Positions 29,438 to 46,620 of a DNA stretch of 64,000 nucleotides are shown in pieces. The position numbers were made by a program, and so were the translations under genes. Each line of letters begins with the position of its first letter. The first letter of the stretch is position 1. Origin of the DNA: the human T2T-CHM13v2.0 reference genome, Homo sapiens; the NCBI RefSeq assembly GCF_009914755.1, contig NC_060936.1; one strand, written 5' to 3'. The notes beneath the pieces were generated by a model that was not told the DNA's origin, did no database searches, and was given only the letters and a program-made list of their open reading frames with translations.

Positions 29438-30156
29438 GGATCATTCTTAACATACAGATTTATACAGATTTGTTTCCTTTTAAAAAATGGTTACTAAATA
29501 TTCAATCATTCAGAAACACCATGATGTATTTAACTGTTCCCATATTTTGAGACATTATGCTTTTTACTATGATAAATAATGTTGTATAGATATCATTGTA
29601 CATTGTAGTCATCTGTATTTGTCATTGCTTGGGTAGGTCTCTGAAAGTGAAATTCCTGGGTAAAAGAGTAGAACAGTTTTTTGGAAGGGCTGTACCCTTT
29701 GATTCCAAACCCCATCTGCATATGTCTTACTATACTGTCATCATATTGCATATTACTAAATTTTATTTGTCCAGTTTGTCAGATGAAAAGGGTATTTGGT
29801 TCTCTTCTGCAATTATAGAGGCAGTAGGAAAAAAAAGTGATGTTTTGTTATAAATTTGTATAACTATGATTATTGGTTGTGTATACTTTCACATTTTTTA
29901 AACTTTCCATTATCTGCTCCTCTACCAAAGTGAGCATTCTTCTTGTTTTGTTTCTCTACTTAGCAACTATTCACTTTACTTCTGAAAACAGCCACGGGGT
30001 TTTCTATCCTCTCATCTCTTCCTCTCCTTAAATACATCAAAGCTTCCCAAAGGAAAAACCTATCTAAAACTGGAGCCAAACAAGGGGAATAAGACGAGAG
30101 ACAGCAAAAGAGAAGCCAGTGATGGCATTCGAGTTTCTGCATCAAGAGCAACGTAA

Positions 30157-30519
<363 letters not shown>

Positions 30520-30623
30520 CTAGGCTAGTTTAGGTAAGCAAACTTCACTGACGATAAAAGAGGTCCTAACTGATGTATTATTTTGACCAGTTTGAAATTA
30601 CAATGTCATTGTTATTTCAATAC

Positions 30624-31055
30624 TGATAAAAGAAAAACTCAGCCAAATTAAATTTAAAGGAGTTGAATTGAGCAATGAATGTTTTGCGAATCGGGCAGCC
30701 CCCCCAAATCTCAGCAGATTCACAGAGGCTCCAGCGCAGCCATGTGGTGGAAGAAGACTTACAGACAAAAAAAAAGGGAAATGACGTACAGAAATTGGAA
30801 GTGAGGTACAGAATGGCTGGATTGGTTACAGCTCGGTGTTTGCCTTATTTGAACACAGTTTTAATACTCATCAGTGAATGAATGGTTGAAGTATGGCCTC
30901 TGGAATGGCCAAGACTTAGCTATAGTTACAGATGCATACTCTGAAGTTACGTTTTCAATTTTGTCTGACTACTAAGCTAGGTTACAGTTCATCCACAAGG
31001 ACTCAAATATAGAAGTATGGAGTCTTTCTCGGGCCATATTTAGTTTGCTTTAATA
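30624..31055 (-). mobile_element. MER57-family ERV1 solo LTR
   Basis: Minus strand starts T(A/G)TTAAAGCAAACTAAATATGGCC and ends GAGTTTTTCTTTTATCA; ATAC/ATAT flanks. Confidence 0.7.
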
Positions 31056-31944
31056 ATATCAAAATACTAAAAGTAAGGGTGATTTTAAAAAACGTTTTAT
31101 TTTGTGTTAATTTTAAACTCAGAATAAGTTGCCAAAACTGTTTCGTGAGTTCCCATGTATCCATCACTCAGCTTCCTCCCATAATAACAACTTACTTTAT
31201 CATTGAGCTTGTTAATATCAGAAAATGAACACTGGTACACTACTGTAAGCTAAACTAGGGACCTTATTCAAATTCTAGCAATTTTAATATTAATATGAGT
31301 ATTTTTTAAAAAATACACATTTATTCATGTTAAGCAATTTGTGCATTGTGGATAGATTGTTTTTCTAACTAGAAAGTAAACATTAAAAATACTTAAAAAT
31401 ATATCAAGCACTACCTAGGTTTTTAGGCAATATCAGTGGACACAGGAGTTTATTTTACTTTTAGAGTAGAAAACGTTGGAGAGAACATTTGCCTCAGGCA
31501 TTCTGAGAGTGGATTGAGCATTTACGTTAATTATTATGTCTTACTCATTATTTCAGACAGGTTAAAATGTAACTTCTTGCAATGTTCTCGTGTACCACGA
31601 AGGAATTTGTTCCTACCCTCATCCATCACCAGTGGTTGAAATTAGTCAGCTTAATGGGTTTCTAAAAGCCATTTCCAGGCAGCTGTGTTTACCCTTCTCT
31701 CCAAATGCTCATTGGGGCTTCCTAAGCAGAAATATGACAAGGAACACTTCACTCATCTGTATTTAAATATAAAAGCCTTGTGTATATAAATATAAAAGTT
31801 TAGTGTCTCCTTTTGTTTTCTCTGATTTTGGCCTATGGCAAAAAAGAAAATAAAAAGTGATAACAAACAAAAAACAATTTGAAAACAGAGAGGTGAACCA
31901 AAAGTAGCCCCTAAAATCCAGAGTTCTGATGTTGTAGTTGATTT

Positions 31945-32085
31945 TTTTGTTTCCTGTTTTTTGTTTTAGGGATGGGGGTCTCTCTATGTTGTCCAAGCTG
32001 ATCTCAAACTCCTGGCCTCAAGCCATTTTCCTGGCTTGGTCTTCCAAAGTTCTGGGATAACAGGCATGAGCCATCACTCCCAGCC
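31945..32085 (-). mobile_element. FLAM / Alu left monomer
   Basis: Single reverse-complement Alu monomer. Confidence 0.75.
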
Positions 32086-33424
32086 CTGATATTACTTGAA
32101 TGAAATTTGTTAAATAAAAAATAGGTGCCACTGGGGAGTAGAACATAAGGGAGCTAATATTTATTGACATCTACTATGGCTAGATGTCATACTAGGTGCT
32201 TTGAATGGCTCTGTTTAATCTTGGTGGTGTAGTCAAAAGTGTACTCATGATGTTGACCTTGAGACAAATGTCTAATAGTATTTAATGAATAGGGATTACA
32301 GTGTAACGGGGCAAAAGAAGCGTTGTAAAGCCAGAGGCAGAAGGTACAATCCAACTTCTGGCTAATTAAGTGATACTATACTGTCAGATCCTCTCACTTT
32401 AATTATCTTAATTTTATTCTCCAAATAATTCATGATCTTTTATAAAGAATTGAAAAAATACGGGAAGGTGTAAGAAAGCAAAAGTCCTTACTTTCCCCAT
32501 ACCCCGATTCCTCTGCCTAGGGGTAATTGTCTTTAACATATTAATATGCGTCCTTTCTGTCTCCCACAACCTAAAAATAAAAGATATAGTTGAAATTTTG
32601 TTAGTAAACAATAAGATTCTAACCAATCCTTTTCAGATGTAAATAACTTACTGTTCATAATGATAGCTTTACTTTTGGCAAATTATATTTCCTAATTTCA
32701 AATATTGGGTCTCTTAGATCATGTGAGGAATAATATAGCATTGTATGTATATTTTTCTTACTGGTTTAGAATTTAATAAAAATTGTTAAAATTTACTGAG
32801 TTTAAAAGTTACTAAAGTTTATTACTGTGTGCTAGGTGCTTTGCCTAAATTAGCATATGATAACGTGTTTAATCTTCATGAGAACCTTTTAAACTAGGTG
32901 CTAAAACTCTCCCTATTGGACAGTTGGTAAATTTTAGGCACCGAGAGGTCAAATAAATTGGCTAAGACCACAAAGCTACTAAGTGGTGATGCTAAAATTC
33001 AAACCCAAAAGTCAAGTTCCAAGATCCCAGAACCAGAACTCTTAACCACTATGCAGTACTGAAGATAATGAGCTAGTGAAAGAGCATGGTCAATACACAC
33101 ACACACACAGCTGGTAATAACCTAGAAATCACAGTTTTGCTACCAGACAAGGAGATTTTCTACTTTCTATGAAAAAATATATTGTTTGTTTTTTTGTGGG
33201 GGGTTTTAGAAAGAATTTGACTGAGGGTCACAAGGCAAAGAAAGAGACCAAAGCAAGTTTTAGAGCAGGAGTGGAACTTTATTAGAAACCTTTAGAACAG
33301 TAAGAAAAGGAAAGAAAGAAAGGAAGAAAAGCACACTTGGAAGGAGGACCAAGCAGGTGACTTGAGAAACCAAGTGTGCCTGTATTATTGTTGTTCTGAA
33401 CTAATAAATTTGATGTTTTCTCAT

Positions 33425-34958
<1,534 letters not shown>

Positions 34959-37911
34959 CTTTAACCATAACTTTTATGGTTTTCTTTCCTCTCCTTTTGG
35001 CCTTTGGCAAAGCAAAAACAAAGTAAAAACAAGCCCTTTTGTGTCTCTTAGTGGTATCTATGCATGGAATCTCCAGAATTATATCTCATGGCCCAAGAGT
35101 TTTAGCCTTCATTAGCTTATTACGTCACATTTCCATTTAATGTCTAGTTTCAACAGTTAGAGCCTCTATCCCATAAGACCAAAGACATTTTAGTCATTTT
35201 TCCACTTTTCTGCTTTCCAGCTGTGTTTGGGAACTCCTGGGTAATGTGCACAGTGTTTCTCAAATCAGTCCTTGTTATCGCTCCCTGTCTCCATCAGTGG
35301 TAGGGCTTCAGTCTATTGCTTCATTCTCCTGCAGGTCCCCTCTTCCATTTTGAGACCAGCTTCTCCCAAGTGCCACTTGCTTTTCCTTGGCCTGTTTCAC
35401 CTCAAGCATGATAACAGATCATTCTCTCCAGTGGGAGCAGACATTAGGCTATAATGTTTATTAAAATTTATCAGATAGTTTAAGAAGAACAGAAGGGAAT
35501 TATAACACAGAAAGCCTAAAACTGGAACCTATAGATAGCCACACCGGAGTCCACAGATGCAAGCTCCCCTGCAGATGTCACTCTTAGCTCTGGACCCAAC
35601 TACAAATTGTAGGGTACTGCTTCCCTCCAAAAAGGAGTAGCCTTGAACACAGCCAGGCCACTGATTCACAAACTCCAGAGAAAGGAAGGTGTTTCCTCTT
35701 CTACACTGTCTAAGCTGAGCCCCTAAAATCCCCATTTCCTGCCCCGATTATTTAGGGAGTAATTGCAGGTGGGGATAAAGTCTCATTCGTTGACAGAGAG
35801 CCCTCACCTCATCCCCACACTTATAGGGGTATGGACTTGCTCTTAGGAATCCCCAGACCACTGAGATGCAACAGTGCATTCCTCAAGCATGCCATTGTTT
35901 GGTCTTATGTGACTCCATGTGTAACTTCAACAATCCAGACTTGTTTAGATGCCTTTTAATTTTTTTGTTGTTCCTTTATTGCACTGGCACTTTTATTGAG
36001 TAGCAGTTAGGAGAGTAGACATCTATCTCTTGTTCCCAATCTAAGGAGAAAGCCCTTAAGTCAGTATTAAGTATGATACTAAATTCAGTGGGGGTGCTTT
36101 TGTTTTTGTTTTTATTTTTGTTTATTAAGAATAGGTGCTGAATTTAGCAAACATCTTATATGTATCTATTAATATGATGATTTAGTATTTATCTTTGATT
36201 ACACTGACTTATTTTCAAATATTAAACAACCTTGCATTCTTGGAATAAACCCTACTTGTGGGGCCACGTGGTGGTAGTATTTTAGTATTTTGTTGGATTT
36301 CACTTGTTAATATTTTGCTGAGAATTTTTACATCTTAGATCTCTAGAATTAATCTGTAGTTTTCTGGTAACTTCTTGATGATTTTGTTACAAGGCTAATG
36401 CTGGCCTTTGAAGACGAGTTGGAAAGTATATCCTTCTCATCCATTTTCTGAAAGTTAAGTATCTAGATTTTACTGTATTTTATAAAGAGTGTGGAAGTTT
36501 GTTTGACAGACATTTAAATTACTTGTGGATCAGCTTGATGCTGTGGAGGCTTGTTTTTAAACTGTTAGAGCAGGTCTAGAGTGGTCTTGCTCTATGACTG
36601 GCTTATATGTATTACCAAGGTTTACACTTCTGGGCGATGTACTGAAACCCTGGGTCTTCAACAGGATCTGTACACTAATGGCTGACCCGAGTTTGAATAT
36701 CTCTGGATTCCCTTTGGGTTCTAGAAACATTTCGTTTACAGCTCCTCTCAATGGTTCTTTGCTGCCCTCCTGTCTTATGTGCACCCCACACATTCCAGCT
36801 GCCTGAGCTTTTCTGAACTCTAGTCCCTGTCTTTTCAACTCAATGACACTGCAGTGTTCTGCTTGGACTTATACCTCCAATGTGGTCCAAAAAATCCCTT
36901 CAGGAAGAAAGTCAAGGCAATTATAGTGATCATCTTCTTTCCTATTTTTCAAGGATCACATTCTTGTGCCTATTTTATAATGTCTAAAAACCTGTTTCTC
37001 CCGTCTTGTTCAGTTTTCTAGTTGTTTACATTGGCAAGCCCAGAATTGTTTCTATGGTGGCCCCAGAGCCTTTTTACATAATCAAGCCTTGTGAATAATT
37101 CTCAATTCCCTATATAAAATAGGTGCTTTAGATGGTGAAGATGCAGCCTGACTGCATGGTCTTGCATATTTAGAAGCATTTTCAGAAATTCTGAATTTTC
37201 CTTTAAACTGTACTACATTCAATATTTTGTAATTATAGTAGTGGAATTTTAAATACTATTGTATCACAGTTCAAACTAATATTTCTTAAATACCCTATAA
37301 AGATTCTGAATCAGTGGGTATGGGGTGGAGTTCAAGAGACTGTGTGTTTAATAAATATCCAAGTGATTCTGATACAGGTTTCCAAAGTACACATTTTGTG
37401 GAAAACTGTTCTAAGTTTCTAAAGAGTCTCAAACCTTATCTTTGGCTCTCTACCCTCACTGCCTTCACTCCACCCCATAAATAAGAATCATATTGTTTAA
37501 TCCCAAATGCTTTGGTCAAGGTGATAGGCAACTATAGGAAGCAGCAAGGGTGATGATCACAAGTATATGTTCTCTGTTAGAGTGTCTGGAGTCAAATTCA
37601 GGCTTTCCCATGATTAGCTATGTCACAGTGAATAGATGGTGCCATCTTTCTTAACCTTCCTCATCTCTACACATAGCAATGGATTGTTGTAGAGCTCAGA
37701 TTAGATAAAGTGGCAGGATATGCCCTATAACTGCAACCAAGAAAGGACTAATAGTTCCTAGTGTAAAATTCCCTGTATCATTTCTTTACCCCAAAACGGG
37801 GAAGGGTGACCTTTATTGCCTCTACATATATCTGTCTGGGCCATGGCCTGTGCACTTGTGCATGTAAAAGGGGCCCCTGGGAGCGGTGGGACACACTATA
37901 CCTACTCATAC

Positions 37912-39289
37912 TGTGTCCGGAATTGGTGGGTTCTTGGTCTGACTGACTTTAAGAATGAAGCCGCGGACCCTCACGGTGAGTGTTACAGTTCTTAAAGCTG
38001 GCGTGTCCAGAGTTTGTTCCTTCTGATGTTTGGATGTGTTCAGAGTTTCTTCCTTCTGGTGGGTTTGTGGTCTCGATGGCTCAGGAGTGAAGCTGCGGAC
38101 CTTCGCAGTGAGTGTTACAGCTCATGAAGGCAATGTGGACCCAAAGACCGAGCAGCAGCAAGATTTATTGCAAAGAGCGAAAGAACAAAGCTTCCACAGT
38201 GTGGAAGGGGACCAGAGCGGATTGCCACTGCTGGCTTGGGCAGCCTGCTTTTATTCTCTTATCTGGCCCCACCCACATCCTGCTGATTGGTCCATTTTAC
38301 AGAGAGCCCAGTGGTCTGTTTTGACATGGTGCTGATTGGTGCGTTTACAATCGGTGAGCTAGACCCAAAGTTCTCCAAGTCCCCACTAGATTAGCTAGAT
38401 ACAGAGTGTCCACACAAAGGTTCTCCAAGTCCCCACCAGAGTAGCTAGATAGAGAGTGTGGATTGGTGCATTCACAAACCCTGAGCTAGACACAGGGTGC
38501 TGATTGGTGTGTTTACAAACCTTGAGCTAGATACAGAGTGCCGATTGGTGTATTTACAATCCCCTAGCTAGACATAAAGGTTCTCCAAGTCCCCACCAGA
38601 CTGAGGAGCCCAGCTGGCTTCACCCAGTGGATCCCGCACCTGGGCAGCAGGTGGAACTGCCTGCCAGTCCCGCCCCGTGTGCCCGCACGCCTCAGCCCTT
38701 GGGTGGTCGATGGGACTGGGCGCAGTGGAGCAGGGGGCGGTGCTCATCGGGGAGGCTCGGGCTGCACAGGAGCCCACAGAGCTGGGGGGTGGGGGTGGGG
38801 GTGGGGGTGGGGGAGGCGGCTCAGGCATGGCGGGCTGCAGGTCCTAAGCCCTGCCCCTGCCCCTGCCCCTTGGGGAGGCAGCTAAGGCCCGGGGAGAAAC
38901 CGAGCGCAGCGCCAGTGGGCCGGCACTGCTGGGGGACCCAGCACACCCTCCGCAGCCGCTGGCCCGGGTGCTAAGTCCCTCACTGCCCGGGGCCGGCACG
39001 GCCGGCCAGCCGCTCGGAGTGCAGGCCAGCCCAATCCATGCCCACCCGGAACTCGCGTTGGCCCGCAAGCACTCTGCGCAGCCCCAGTTCTGCTCGCGCC
39101 TCTCGCTCCACACCTCCCTGCAAGGTGAGGGAGCCGGCTCCAGCCTTGGCCAGGCCAGAAAGGGGCTCCCACAGTGCAGTGGTGGGCTGAAGGGCTCCTC
39201 AAGCGAGGCCAGGGTGGGCGCGCCAAGGCCGAGGAGGCACCAAGAGCGAGTGAGGGCTGTGAGGGCTGCCAGTGCGCTGTCACCTCTCA
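37912..39289 (-). mobile_element. Solo LTR12 (ERV9) oriented toward LDHB
   Basis: TGTGTCCGGAATTGG and CACCTCTCA termini, ATAC/ATAT TSD, five ATTGG boxes, TTTTATT near 38250. Confidence 0.95.
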
Positions 39290-39413
39290 ATATCAGCAGG
39301 TATAGTCTGCTAATTTACTTGTACACTGCAAACTTCTAGAGGCTCATCTGTTATCTCTGTATCTTCAGTGTGTGAAAGAGTTCAAGACATATTATAGGAA
39401 ATAATTTAATGGT

Positions 39414-40285
39414 TGTGATATTGTGAAGTGTGTATTTGGTCTTCTTCCCTGTTTCCTGGTATACAACCCCTAAAATCCATGGAATCTCCAAAGTGATGTG
39501 TCCTTTTGTTTGCTAATGAGTTGATTGGTGGCTGGTGGTCCTAGGTAGTTTCAGGACCAAGGCAGGATTAGAGGGCTGGAATTTTTCAGCCTTCTCCCCA
39601 CACCCTGCCACCTCCAGGGAGGGGACAGGGGCTGAAGGTTTAGTTGATCACCAATGGTTTCATCAGTCATGACTCTGTAATGAAGGCTCCATAAAAACAA
39701 AAAAGGACTGGGTTCTGAGACTTTCCAGGTTCTTGGAGGGTGGCATGACTGTGGAGGACATAGAAGCTCCACTCTCCTTCCCACATGGCTTGTTTTATGT
39801 ATCTCTTCATCCATATCCTTTGTAATATCCTTAATAACAAACTGGTAAATAAACCTGAGTTCTGTGAGCTGCTCTAACGAATTAATCAAACCTGAGGAGG
39901 GAGCGTGGGAATCCTGATTTATAGCCAGTTGCTCAGAAGCACGGGTAAAATAACCTGGGGCTTTTGGTTGGCATCGGAAGTGGGAGGGCAGTCTTGTGGG
40001 ACTGAGCCCTCATTCTGTGGGATCTGATGCTATCTCTAGGCAAATAGTCTCAGAATTGAATAGAATTAAAGGACACTCAGCTGGTTTCTGCTGCAGAGTT
40101 GCTTGTTTGCTTGTGGCGTGGGGAAAATCTACACATACCTGGTGTCAGAATTGCTTCATTGCTGGTTAAGAGAAATCCTCACACATTTTGGAGACCAGAC
40201 CAGAGGTCACAGAAGTGTTCCATGTGGATTGTGTTGTGGACAGTAGAGAGTAGGAAAAATGTTTCGGTTTTTCTATATCTTTACA
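39414..40285 (+). mobile_element. MER21-family LTR
   Basis: TGTGATATTGTGAA...TATTTGGTCTT start; AATAAACCTGAGTTCTGTGAGCTGCTCTA and CTGTGGGATCTGATGCTATCTC motifs. Confidence 0.75.
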
Positions 40286-41807
40286 ATGGCTTCCTTTTTT
40301 GTTAAACAGACCAATGAATGAAGATGATATGAGAACATGGAAGCCTCAGACCCGTTGGCAATGCTCCTTCTCCCCCTCCTCCTTCTCTTCCTCCTATTCT
40401 TTGATATGTTTTGCATGTTTACCTTGATGCATTCCTGACCTCTCTTCCTAGACCCAAGTTTGAACAGGTTAGAAAATACATGTTTACAAGGCTTTCAAAA
40501 TCTTCCTAAGTGTAAGTGGATGATTCACATCAGGGCAACCTGAGACTGATCTCTCCACTTTGAATGTTCCACCAGCCATGTGGAAGAAAGATCATCTTAG
40601 GGCATGCCTGCAGACTTACAATTTCACAGAAATTCGAACCTGTAAAAGGACAGTACCATTCCCTATTATATTCCCACATTCCTAGCACACAGTAATCGTC
40701 AATAGGTATTTGATGGATACTTTTTTTTTTCATCTCACTGAACTACTGATACTTTCTCTTTTCAGTATTCACAATACTGGCCTTTTTAGTGCATATCAGT
40801 GTAATTTAAAGAGTAGAGTGTAAAATTTTCTCTTCCTTTGATTTTGAAAATCTACTGCTATTAAATCTGCCGTTAGGGTGACCCTAACTTAGACTTCCTG
40901 GGTTTGGTTATTAGCTCTTCTTGCATCTGTCCTAAATATTGGTGGTTCCTAGGATTTAGTGTGATGCCAGCATCTCACCCACAGTCTATGGTGCTTGAGC
41001 TATTACACCATTCCAGTGGCATCAACAGTTTGTTACCCTTGATGGCTACCACCTGACCTTTTCTCCTGAGTCTCAGACCTCTATTTTAGCTATCTTCTGG
41101 ATACATTTGCCTGGAATCCTTACAGGCACCTTAGACTCAGCCTGTCTCTGAAGAAGCACCTCTACATGCTATTTCTTCCTTATGGCAGCTGTCAAATATT
41201 GAGAAATATTTCTCTGAATGTATGTCTTAAAATGTAACAAAAGATGTCATTTATTTTTTAATATGCCTAGACTCTGTGTGAAAGGTTAATGAATACTACA
41301 AATGGTTGCTTCTGGGGAGGAAGAAAGGTTACTTTGTGTTGTTTATCTTTTGATATCTTTTAAATTTTATGCCACAGACAGGTACACTTCTTTATACAAC
41401 GATAATAGTGTAATGAAAAGGAAAGGGAAATATTTATCATAAAAATTCACATACCAAAAACTGACCACTTGAGAACTCACCTATAAGGGAACTGGCCCAT
41501 TTCCTTTCAAAGTATACTTTGCTGAAAGTGAGACAGAAGATAATTTATTCATGAGTACTTGCTCCTTTTAAACAAGCTTGTTCAAAGGCTGTGGTATTGT
41601 TTCAAGTTCTCTTGAACACAAAGTCAAGGGTTGTGAACTTTAAGCCACCTGAATTTAAATACTGAGTGCATGTATCACACGCATATGTGCACTGTTATTC
41701 ATTCAAAAACATTTCTCAGTGCCAGGCACTGAGTTAAGATCTGAGGACACAGAATTAAATAACTCAGAGTTCCTGTACTCAAATCGCTCACAGTTTAGAG
41801 GCCCTAT

Positions 41808-42499
41808 TGATACGGAAGGCCAGCAGGGAAGTGCTAGGTAGAGGAGGGCTATGGTCCCCGGCTAGGGTTCCGTTCCCGGCTAGGGTTCCATCCCCAGGCC
41901 TGCGCCCACAGACCTAGGTGAGGACAGGCATTTATGTTTTCCTGCCCAAATGTTGCATTTCCCAAGACCACCCTGGCCGGCCACGTCCCCATCCTGTGCC
42001 TATAAAACCCCCTGAGACCCTACCAGGCAGAGACACAAGCAGCTGGACGTCAAGAGGAGCACACTGGCGGAGGAACACACAAGCAGCTGGACGTCGAGAG
42101 CACATCGACAGGCACCAGCAGGCCATCGACAGGTGGAACAACGTGGGGTTTGGACGGGGTGGTCAGAGGAGAGCCCGGCTGCTGAGTGACCTGACTCCAA
42201 CAGGAAAACCATCTTCCTACTCTGTCTCCCTTCTGGCTCCCCCATCTGCTGAGAGCTACTTCCACTCAATAAAACCTTGCATTCATTCTCCAAGCCCACG
42301 TGAGATCCAATTCTTCGGGTACACCAAGGCAAGAAACCCCAGGGTACAGAAAGCCTTCTGTCCTTGAGATAAGGCAGGGAGTCTAATTGAGCTAACGCAG
42401 GCTGCCTACAGATGGCTAAAATAAAAGAGCACCTGAAAAAGTGAGCCACACCCCCATCTCATGCCCTGCATGGGGGACAAGGGAACTTTTCCGGTTTCA
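41808..42499 (+). mobile_element. ERV1 solo LTR (LTR1/LTR27/MER52 group)
   Basis: TGATACGGAAG...AGGGAAGTGCT start, CCTATAAAA TATA at about 42000, AATAAA at about 42268, GGGAACTTTTCCGGTTTCA end. Confidence 0.8.
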
Positions 42500-43044
42500 A
42501 CATGAAATGATGTGTTATTGTGCAGGCGATATCTGGGGCATCTGGCCTTGCTGTGAACAGAAAGGGTTTAGGCAGCCAGGTGAGGCTTTCTGAAAGACAG
42601 GGTCTGTGCTCTTAAGGTGGAGCTGAATTAGGAGAGAGAGGAGGTGAGCAGGAGCAAAAACACTGAGATCTGGAATGCCGAACTGTAAACTAGGGAGAGG
42701 AGCAATTTGGAGTTGTCAGAGCTTGTGTGAGGTAGCTAATGATGACTTTAGATGCGTCATCTTCCTAACTGAATTCAAGAACTCTGGCTGTGTGTGTGTG
42801 GTGGGTTTGTGTGTTATGTGTTTAAACCAGGGAATGTCTTATGTGCCTAATATTTTTATTTCCTGAAGAGTTTTAGTTTAACTTTTGCACTGCCTAAAGT
42901 CATGTCAATTGATGTAAGTCTTTCTAACCTTTGAGTAAACCCATAAAACCTCTGAATTTTATATAAAATTGTGCGTATATGCATGTGGACATTTTCCCAG
43001 GGTGAGAGTCCAGATAGCCTCATCAGTGGTTTCCCAAAAAGGAT

Positions 43045-43120
43045 CTCTCTCTCTCTCTTTCTTTCTTTCTCTTTCCCTCTCTCTCTTTCTTGCTTTCTTT
43101 CTCTCTCTCACACACACACA
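43045..43120. repeat. (CT/CTTT)n(CA)n low-complexity tract
   Basis: Directly visible. Confidence 0.85.
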
Positions 43121-44844
43121 TGTGCGTGTGCACACAAACTCAAGACATGGACACTTCATTAGTTATAAACTTTTAAAATACAGATAACTCTGGAAGGATT
43201 AAAAAAACCTCTTATTTATTCCAGCCATTCCCAAACATTGAGCATTCCACTGCCAATGCATGAGAAACACTTTACCCATCTGAAGGGTAATACATTTACC
43301 AGCTGAATACATTTCTGGTGGCTTCATATTGGTTGATTATTCCAGGACGCATAGACTACACTATTTTTATACCTAGTAGCTATTGTACAAATTCATATAA
43401 ACCCTTGGATTAAAGGTGTTTAGGATATAGAGCTATATCATTCCATGGAATCCTTCTGTCATTTTTACTGAGCCACAAAGTCCTCCCAGAAGCTGGGGAG
43501 TTTACTGTGTAAGCTTTCCTCATCTATGTGTGGGCTGTATAAACACAGCCTGTTAGCATGTATTTGAAAGTAAGTAGGTAATCTTGGGGGAAAACTATAC
43601 TGCATAAATTGGGTTAGAAATGTATTTCCTTTCTTCCTAAACCACACTTAGTTTCTTTCAATGCTGTTTTTTTAAAGTCCTTTTAGTTTGTTTGAAAAAT
43701 AAGTTACAGAACTATTTCTAACAGAAGATTGATTTTTTCTGCCTGTCACGATGTACCTACAAGGAAAGGGAAATGAGAATGTGTGTGAGACACAAACACA
43801 TTATCTGAGCAATGATAAGCATAGTCATTTCCTAAATTAACTGACAGTTATGTTCTTCCTTTCCCCAGCTAGTTAATTATGTCAGAGCATTTCAAGTTTA
43901 TTATGACTCTGGCAATGAAACTGACAGGAAGAAAATAATACAATGGATGAGTTTAATTCTGAGAGATACCATACAGAAAAGAAAACATAATGGACTTTGT
44001 CTTAATGAACTGACAACTTTCTCTTCTTTGGTAAAATCTTCCTTCTTGCTTACCTATACTTATGACACATGTTCAACTGAAAATTGCAAGATAAACATAT
44101 ACAACATGTACATTATGGGAAAATTGATTTTATACATTCCAAGAAAATACACAGTTGCAAAAGAAGAACACAGAAGCAGTCAAGGAATGATGCCTAGGGA
44201 ATGTTTCGTAAAAAGTATTTTGAAGCAAGGTGTGTACATGGATTGAAAAAGAGTAAAGCAAGAAATTTTTTTAAATGGGAGAATGAGTGTAATGGATGGA
44301 AGTGGGAACAACAGTGATGATCACAGAAGGTATATGGTTTGCTAAACAGGACTGAGGGATGAGTGTTGCAGAGCAGAGAGAAATGCTGAATGTGGAATAG
44401 TTTGCAAGAGGTTTTAACTGTTAGGAAAATGTGGCAAACTGTTCTGTTTGTTTCTAGGCCAAGCATATAATGTAAGCCTTTTGAACGATTCCTGTGCATT
44501 GTCAACAGAGCCTGACCCTGTATTTCACATATTTTCTAGATATTTAAGAAACAATACAAAATAACAGCCATTTGAATACTGCTCTGAGGCTTAGGCCACA
44601 AAATTCCAGGGAAGGAACTGATATTTGGAACAACATCAAAGACCTTACACAATTTCCAAAGTAAGATTAACTAAATTTACTGTAATTTATTGAAACCACT
44701 GTTCCATATCTGCAAGTTAAAGTGAACCTCAAATTAAACAATTATAAGAAAAAGGTAATGTTTTAGCTCTTGAAACTTTCCAAGGACAATGAATAAAATA
44801 ACTGGAAATTCAAGTTTGGGCCGAAGTTTAAAGACTTTTGTTTG

Positions 44845-45325
<481 letters not shown>

Positions 45326-46139
45326 TCATTCACAGCTAGAGACAAAGGGAACTGGAAAATGTAGCAGCAGTGCTGAAAATTTGTATTTTTCTGTTAATTT
45401 ATGATTTTTTATTGATTTTCATAAGCTTAAAATTGTTGTTTTGCTTATCTTCTCATTAGACGTCGAGTTACTAAGAAGATAAGTTTAAGACTGAGACATA
45501 TAGTTCAACCAAGACTCCACTACTTGCTAACTTTGTAGTTTTAGGTAAATTGCTTAAACCTTCTAAGCCTCAGTTAACTCTTTTATAAACTGGAAAATTC
45601 TGAAGATTAGCGTTACTAAATGTAAAACACTAGTACCTAGTATGCATTTAATTACGGTTGTTTATGGAAACTATGATAATAAAGACAATAGTTTGGAGAT
45701 TTGAAACGGCTCTTATTGGGGGAGGCATTTGGGATCTTAATCCAAGTCTTTTGTGTGGTGGTGGTGGTGGTATAGCTTCTGCAAGGCCAATGTGCAAGCT
45801 CTGATGCTCCCATTGTGGGAGCCTTGGTTAGGGATCACCAGGGAAAAAGTACTGAAGAGATAGCTATGAAGCAGTTATGATGTGCAAGAAGCATTTTGCT
45901 AGTACTCTTAGAGAACTTAGCATTGGCATCTTCCCTTGGAGCCACATACCCAGGAAACATTTGCTTAGGGCAAAATGAGGACTTTCCTTCACTCTATGCC
46001 CTGAGAGCACTCAACTTCCAACATGAGGGAAAATTGTGTTTTATGTTTCCTGTGTATGCAAGGAAATGATTAGGTGATATCTTTAAACACCAACTCCTAT
46101 CCCTCCTCCCAATCTCAATGACAAAAAACAAACAAATCA

Positions 46140-46620
<481 letters not shown>

